This document shows positions 60,175-64,000 of a stretch of DNA of 64,000 nucleotides, piece by piece (positions within the stretch are counted from its first letter, which is position 1; each line of letters opens with the position of its first letter). Where the stretch lies: the NCBI GenBank assembly GCA_045863335.1, contig BTVY01000006.1, positions 96,001-160,000 of the forward strand, read 5' to 3'. A model generated the notes under the pieces. The model had not been told where the DNA came from and made no database searches. It saw only the letters and a program-made list of their open reading frames with translations. Made by a program: the position numbers and the translations under genes. This DNA comes from Candidatus Hydrogenedentota bacterium. GTDB lineage: Bacteria > Hydrogenedentota > Hydrogenedentia > Hydrogenedentales > SLHB01.

Positions 60175-60810
60175 ATGGCAGGTTCGCCTTTGAAAATCGC
60201 CGTTCTGCTGTCGGGCAGCGGAACGACGTTGTTGAACCTGATCGAGCGGATCGCAGCCGGCGAATTGAATGCGCAGATTCAATGCGTGGTCAGTTCGCGG
60301 GCCGATGCGTACGGGCTGGTGCGGGCGGAGGATCATCGCATTCCCTCGGCGCTGGTGCCGCGCAAGCAGTTTCCCGACACGGCCACGTTCAGCGCGGCAG
60401 TGTGGCACGAGGTTCGGAAGTTCGACGTGGACCTCGTCGTGATGGCCGGGTTCATGAGTTTGCTGGACGTGCCCGAGGATTTCACGAACCGGATCGTCAA
60501 CGTCCATCCCGCGTTGATCCCCGCGTTTTGCGGAAAAGGGATGTACGGGCATCACGTGCACGAGGCGGTCATCGCCTATGGCGCGAAGCTGACAGGCGTG
60601 ACCGTGCACTTCGCGAACGCGAACTACGACGAGGGTCCGATTATCTTGCAGGCGGCTGTGCCGGTGTTGGAAGACGACACGCCGGACTCGCTGGCCGAGC
60701 GCGTGCAGGCGAAGGAGCGCGAAGTATACCCGCAGGCGATACAGTTGATCGCGGAAGGCCGGGTGTCGGTGGACGGCCGGCGGGTAAGAATTCGGGAACA
60801 GCAGGGGTAG
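60175..60810 (+). CDS. purN: Phosphoribosylglycinamide formyltransferase
   Basis: LSGSGT, LVVMAGF, NVHPAL, GVTVHF...YDEGPII.Q. Confidence 0.95.
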   Translation: MAGSPLKIAVLLSGSGTTLLNLIERIAAGELNAQIQCVVSSRADAYGLVRAEDHRIPSALVPRKQFPDTATFSAAVWHEVRKFDVDLVVMAGFMSLLDVPEDFTNRIVNVHPALIPAFCGKGMYGHHVHEAVIAYGAKLTGVTVHFANANYDEGPIILQAAVPVLEDDTPDSLAERVQAKEREVYPQAIQLIAEGRVSVDGRRVRIREQQG

Positions 60811-60815
60811 GGGTC

Positions 60816-61478
60816 TTGATTACAGCGGTTTGTTTTGATTTGGATGGAACGTTGATCGATTCGACGGAAGCGATTGTCGAATCGTTCTATCACACCTTCG
60901 ACGCGTTCAAGGAACCGCGGCCGACGCGGGACGCGATCGTGAACAGCATCGGGTACGTCCTGGAAGAACAGTTTTCGCTGCTGAGTACGCAGGATCCCGT
61001 GGAGTGCACGAAGGTGTACCGGGCGTATTACGAGAAGATCTGCTGCCCCAAGACGACGCTCATGCCGGGCACGCGGGAGTGCCTTCAGGCGCTGCACGAT
61101 GCCGGGCTGGAAATCGCGTTTGCCACATCAAAGCGGCGAAAGTATTCCGAGATGATCCTGGAGCACCTGGGCGTGCTGGACTTTTTCTCGGTGCGTCTAG
61201 GACCGGACGACGTGTCTAAACCGAAACCGGATCCCGAAGTCGTCTTGAAGGCCTGCGAGATGCTGCATGTTACGCCGCAGCAGTTGCTGTTCGTGGGGGA
61301 CATGCACTTCGACGTACTGGCGGCACGTGAAGCGGGGGTGCGGTGTCTCTGCGTGACGACGGGGTACGCGACGCGAGAAGAGCTGGAAGCCCTGGAACCG
61401 GAGCGGGTCTTCGATGGGCTGGACCTGTTGACGGCCTATGTGGTGGATGACGTGCTTGGGGCAATGCCGGCCAAGTAG
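60816..61478 (+). CDS. HAD-family hydrolase (phosphoglycolate-phosphatase/PpaX-like)
   Basis: FDLDGTLIDS, ATSK, KPKPDPE, VGD...D; TTG start. Confidence 0.88.
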   Translation: MITAVCFDLDGTLIDSTEAIVESFYHTFDAFKEPRPTRDAIVNSIGYVLEEQFSLLSTQDPVECTKVYRAYYEKICCPKTTLMPGTRECLQALHDAGLEIAFATSKRRKYSEMILEHLGVLDFFSVRLGPDDVSKPKPDPEVVLKACEMLHVTPQQLLFVGDMHFDVLAAREAGVRCLCVTTGYATREELEALEPERVFDGLDLLTAYVVDDVLGAMPAK

Positions 61479-61664
61479 AAATTCGAAATTCGAAACAAAT
61501 CCGAATGACCAAAATCCGAAAAGCCAAAAGAAGTTCGCTTTTACAGGGACGTGCTTTGGTCTGCGAAACCGTCGTATCGAGTAATAGCCGACCGGTTACG
61601 AAACGAATTTCGGCCCGGCCGTTTCGAATTTCGGTGCTTAGAATTTGTTTCGGATTTCGAATTT
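61479..61664. repeat. Gene-less inverted-repeat element, same family as 6777-6941
   Basis: AAATTCGAAATTCGAAACAAATCC (61479-61502) vs 61641-61664, 2 mismatches. Confidence 0.8.
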
Positions 61665-61788
61665 GTTTTCAACCACGCCCATTCTTGATCGCGGGAGTTA
61701 CTCCCTAGTCACTGCCTCATTTGGTTCTTTCCCCGATCCGGGTGGTATAGTAGGCGCTTCCATTCTATTGGGTTTTGGAGGAATTACC

Positions 61789-63153
61789 ATGTCCGCGCGC
61801 GATGCCGCCCTCAAATATGCCCAGTCCAACCAGGACAAGTTTCTGGAAGAATACAAGTCGCTCCTGCGACTGCCCAGCATTTCGACTTTGCCGGAGCACA
61901 AGAACGATGTGCTGCATACGGCGGAGTGGCTGGCGGAGCAACTGACGAATATCGGTCTGCCGAAGGTGTCCATCATGCCTACCGAGGGGCATCCCGTCGT
62001 GTACGCGGAATCCGCGCCGGTGCCGGGGAAACCGGTGGTGCTGGTATATGGCCATTACGACGTGCAACCGGTGGACCCACTGGACGAGTGGATCGCGCCG
62101 CCTTTCGAACCCGACATTCGCGGCGACTATATCCACGCCCGGGGCGCATCGGACATGAAGGGTCAGATCTTCGCGCAGATCAAGGCGCTGGAGGCGCTGG
62201 CGAAACAGGGCGACTTGCCGTGCACCTTCAAGTACCTGCTCGAAGGCGAGGAAGAGATCGGGTCGCCGCACCTGGGGCCGTTCATCGACGAACACATGGA
62301 CATGCTAGCGTGCGACTTCGTGTTGAATTGCGATTCCGGCATTCATCAGGCCGATATGCCCGGGATCGTGTACTCGCTGCGCGGGTTGGCGTATTTCGAG
62401 GTGGAGGTGCGCGGGCCGTCGAAGGACCTCCACTCCGGACTTTTTGGCGGGTCCATTCTCAACCCGGCGCAGGCGTTGTGTGAACTAATCGCGGGCATGC
62501 ACGATGCGCAAGGCCGGGTGACGTTGCCCGGATTCTATGACAAGGTGCGGCCCCTCGAAGCCGACGAGCGCGATTCGCTTGCGAAGCTGCCGTATTCCGA
62601 CGAAGAGTGGATGGGCATGACCGGATCGCCCGCGCTGTGGGGCGAGGAGGGCTACACCACGCTGGAGCGCATCGGCGCGCGGCCCACGCTCGAGGTGAAC
62701 GGCTTCCTCAGCGGCTTCACGGGCGAAGGTTCCAAAACCGTGCTACCCGCGAAGGCCATGGCGAAGATCTCCATGCGGCTGGTGGCGGACCAGGAACCGG
62801 CGGAGATCCGCGATCAGTTGTGCGCGTATCTCGAAGCGAAGGCGCCGAACGGCATCGAGTGGGAAGTGCGCGAACTCGTGCATGGCAAGGGCGCGATCAT
62901 GGATCGCAAGTCTGCGTACATTCAGGCGGCCATGGGCGCCTTACGCACCGTGTTCAACAAGGAACCCGTGTTCAAACGGGAAGGCGGCAGCGTGCCCATC
63001 GTGGGGATGTTCCAGGAAAAACTGGGTGTCGACTCGGTCATGCTGGGTTTCGCGCTTCCGGACGACGGGATTCACGGGCCAAACGAGCGCCAGTACCTGC
63101 CGAATTTTTTCCGGGGCATTGACACGTACATTCATTTCATGACGTCGTTGTAG
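61789..63153 (+). CDS. M20 family dipeptidase (Dug1-like)
   Basis: YGHYDVQP, ARGASDMKG, EGEEEIGS, DLHSG, GGSVP, HGPNE. Confidence 0.92.
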   Translation: MSARDAALKYAQSNQDKFLEEYKSLLRLPSISTLPEHKNDVLHTAEWLAEQLTNIGLPKVSIMPTEGHPVVYAESAPVPGKPVVLVYGHYDVQPVDPLDEWIAPPFEPDIRGDYIHARGASDMKGQIFAQIKALEALAKQGDLPCTFKYLLEGEEEIGSPHLGPFIDEHMDMLACDFVLNCDSGIHQADMPGIVYSLRGLAYFEVEVRGPSKDLHSGLFGGSILNPAQALCELIAGMHDAQGRVTLPGFYDKVRPLEADERDSLAKLPYSDEEWMGMTGSPALWGEEGYTTLERIGARPTLEVNGFLSGFTGEGSKTVLPAKAMAKISMRLVADQEPAEIRDQLCAYLEAKAPNGIEWEVRELVHGKGAIMDRKSAYIQAAMGALRTVFNKEPVFKREGGSVPIVGMFQEKLGVDSVMLGFALPDDGIHGPNERQYLPNFFRGIDTYIHFMTSL

Positions 63154-63169
63154 AACGAAGGAGCGGAAC

Positions 63170-64000
63170 GTGGCGGAGGAGAAACCGGTACAGGCCCAGC
63201 GCACAGCCTGGGCGGACCTGTACAAATTGGAAGATTGGTGGGCCGTCTGGCTCGGGTTTGCATTGCTGGCGATTGCCGCGATGGGAGTACTGCCGACCAT
63301 ACCCAAACTACCGGGCTGGCAGTGGGGCGGTTTCCTCGAGGCGCACACGGGCGGGTTGGCGCTGGGTCTGGTGGTGCTTGCCATCGGATTGGCGGCGCTG
63401 TTCTCCGTGGCCGTAGCTGTGATGAAGGGCCGGGAATGGGGGCGATTCTACCCCGCATTCCTGGTTGTGTTTGTCCTCGCGGCTGTTTCCTACATTCTCG
63501 AAAAGGAGAAGTCCGTCAGTGCCTATGATATTCCGTATGCGTTCTGGGCTCTGGCGCTGGGTATGTTGATCAGCAACACAGTCGGGACTCCCGGTTGGCT
63601 GAAGTCCGGTGTGCAGACAGAGTTTTACATCAAGACCGGGCTCGTCCTGCTGGGCGCGGAGATTCTCGTCGACAAGATCCTCGCGTTCAGCGGGTATGGC
63701 CTCGCGATCGCGTGGGGCGTGACGCCCATCGTCATCATCTTCATGTGGTTGTTTGGCACCCGGTTCCTGAAGATGTTGAACAAGCCGCTCGTGATTACGA
63801 TTGCGACGGCGACTTCCGTGTGCGGCGTCTCGGCGGCCATTGCCGCAGCGGCGGCCTCGCGCGCGAAGAAAGAAGACCTCACCGTCGCGGTCGGTATGTC
63901 GCTCATCTTTACGGTGCTGATGATGATTGCCATGCCGGCGTTGATTACGGCCATTGGCATGAGCCCCACCTTGGGCGGCGCCTGGATGGGCGGGACGATC
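63170..64000 (+). CDS. YeiH / putative sulfate exporter family membrane protein; runs off the window end
   Basis: GTG start with RBS; EDWWAVWLG, EFYIKTGLVLLG, SVCGVSAAIA, GAWMGGTI; open to 64000. Confidence 0.88.
   Translation, partial: MAEEKPVQAQRTAWADLYKLEDWWAVWLGFALLAIAAMGVLPTIPKLPGWQWGGFLEAHTGGLALGLVVLAIGLAALFSVAVAVMKGREWGRFYPAFLVVFVLAAVSYILEKEKSVSAYDIPYAFWALALGMLISNTVGTPGWLKSGVQTEFYIKTGLVLLGAEILVDKILAFSGYGLAIAWGVTPIVIIFMWLFGTRFLKMLNKPLVITIATATSVCGVSAAIAAAAASRAKKEDLTVAVGMSLIFTVLMMIAMPALITAIGMSPTLGGAWMGGTI

Overview
GC-rich bacterial chromosomal segment with about 55 genes. The gene content (ECF sigma factor with a long extracytoplasmic extension, Tat-exported sulfatase and oxidoreductase, Hanks kinases with TolB-like propellers, LPS waaF) suggests Candidatus Hydrogenedentota or a PVC-like lineage; this is an inference. 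Housekeeping blocks are recO-lepA-lepB-hemW, larC-coaD, pntAA-pntAB-pntB, tetR/iorA-iorB-paaK-ACT and ddl-dapF-pspC-purN. No rRNA, tRNA, CRISPR array, integrase, transposase or reverse transcriptase was recognised. The most notable signals are: (1) a candidate ~195-nt structured ncRNA (5549-5743, minus strand) driven by a near-consensus sigma70 promoter with an NrdR-box-like site in its spacer; (2) an intact NrdD paralog with two ATP cones that appears catalytically dead, followed by a second ~220-nt structured RNA candidate; (3) a four-helix-bundle gene enclosed by inverted heptamer-periodic arms, with related gene-less and solo periodic elements elsewhere, one of them inside dapF; (4) further apparent pseudo-enzymes (second LepB domain, beta-lactamase-like protein, GH98-like protein); (5) two integron-cassette-like relics, one with an in-frame UGA at the base of an 11-bp hairpin. 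All family calls come from motif recognition by eye; no searches or folding programs were run.
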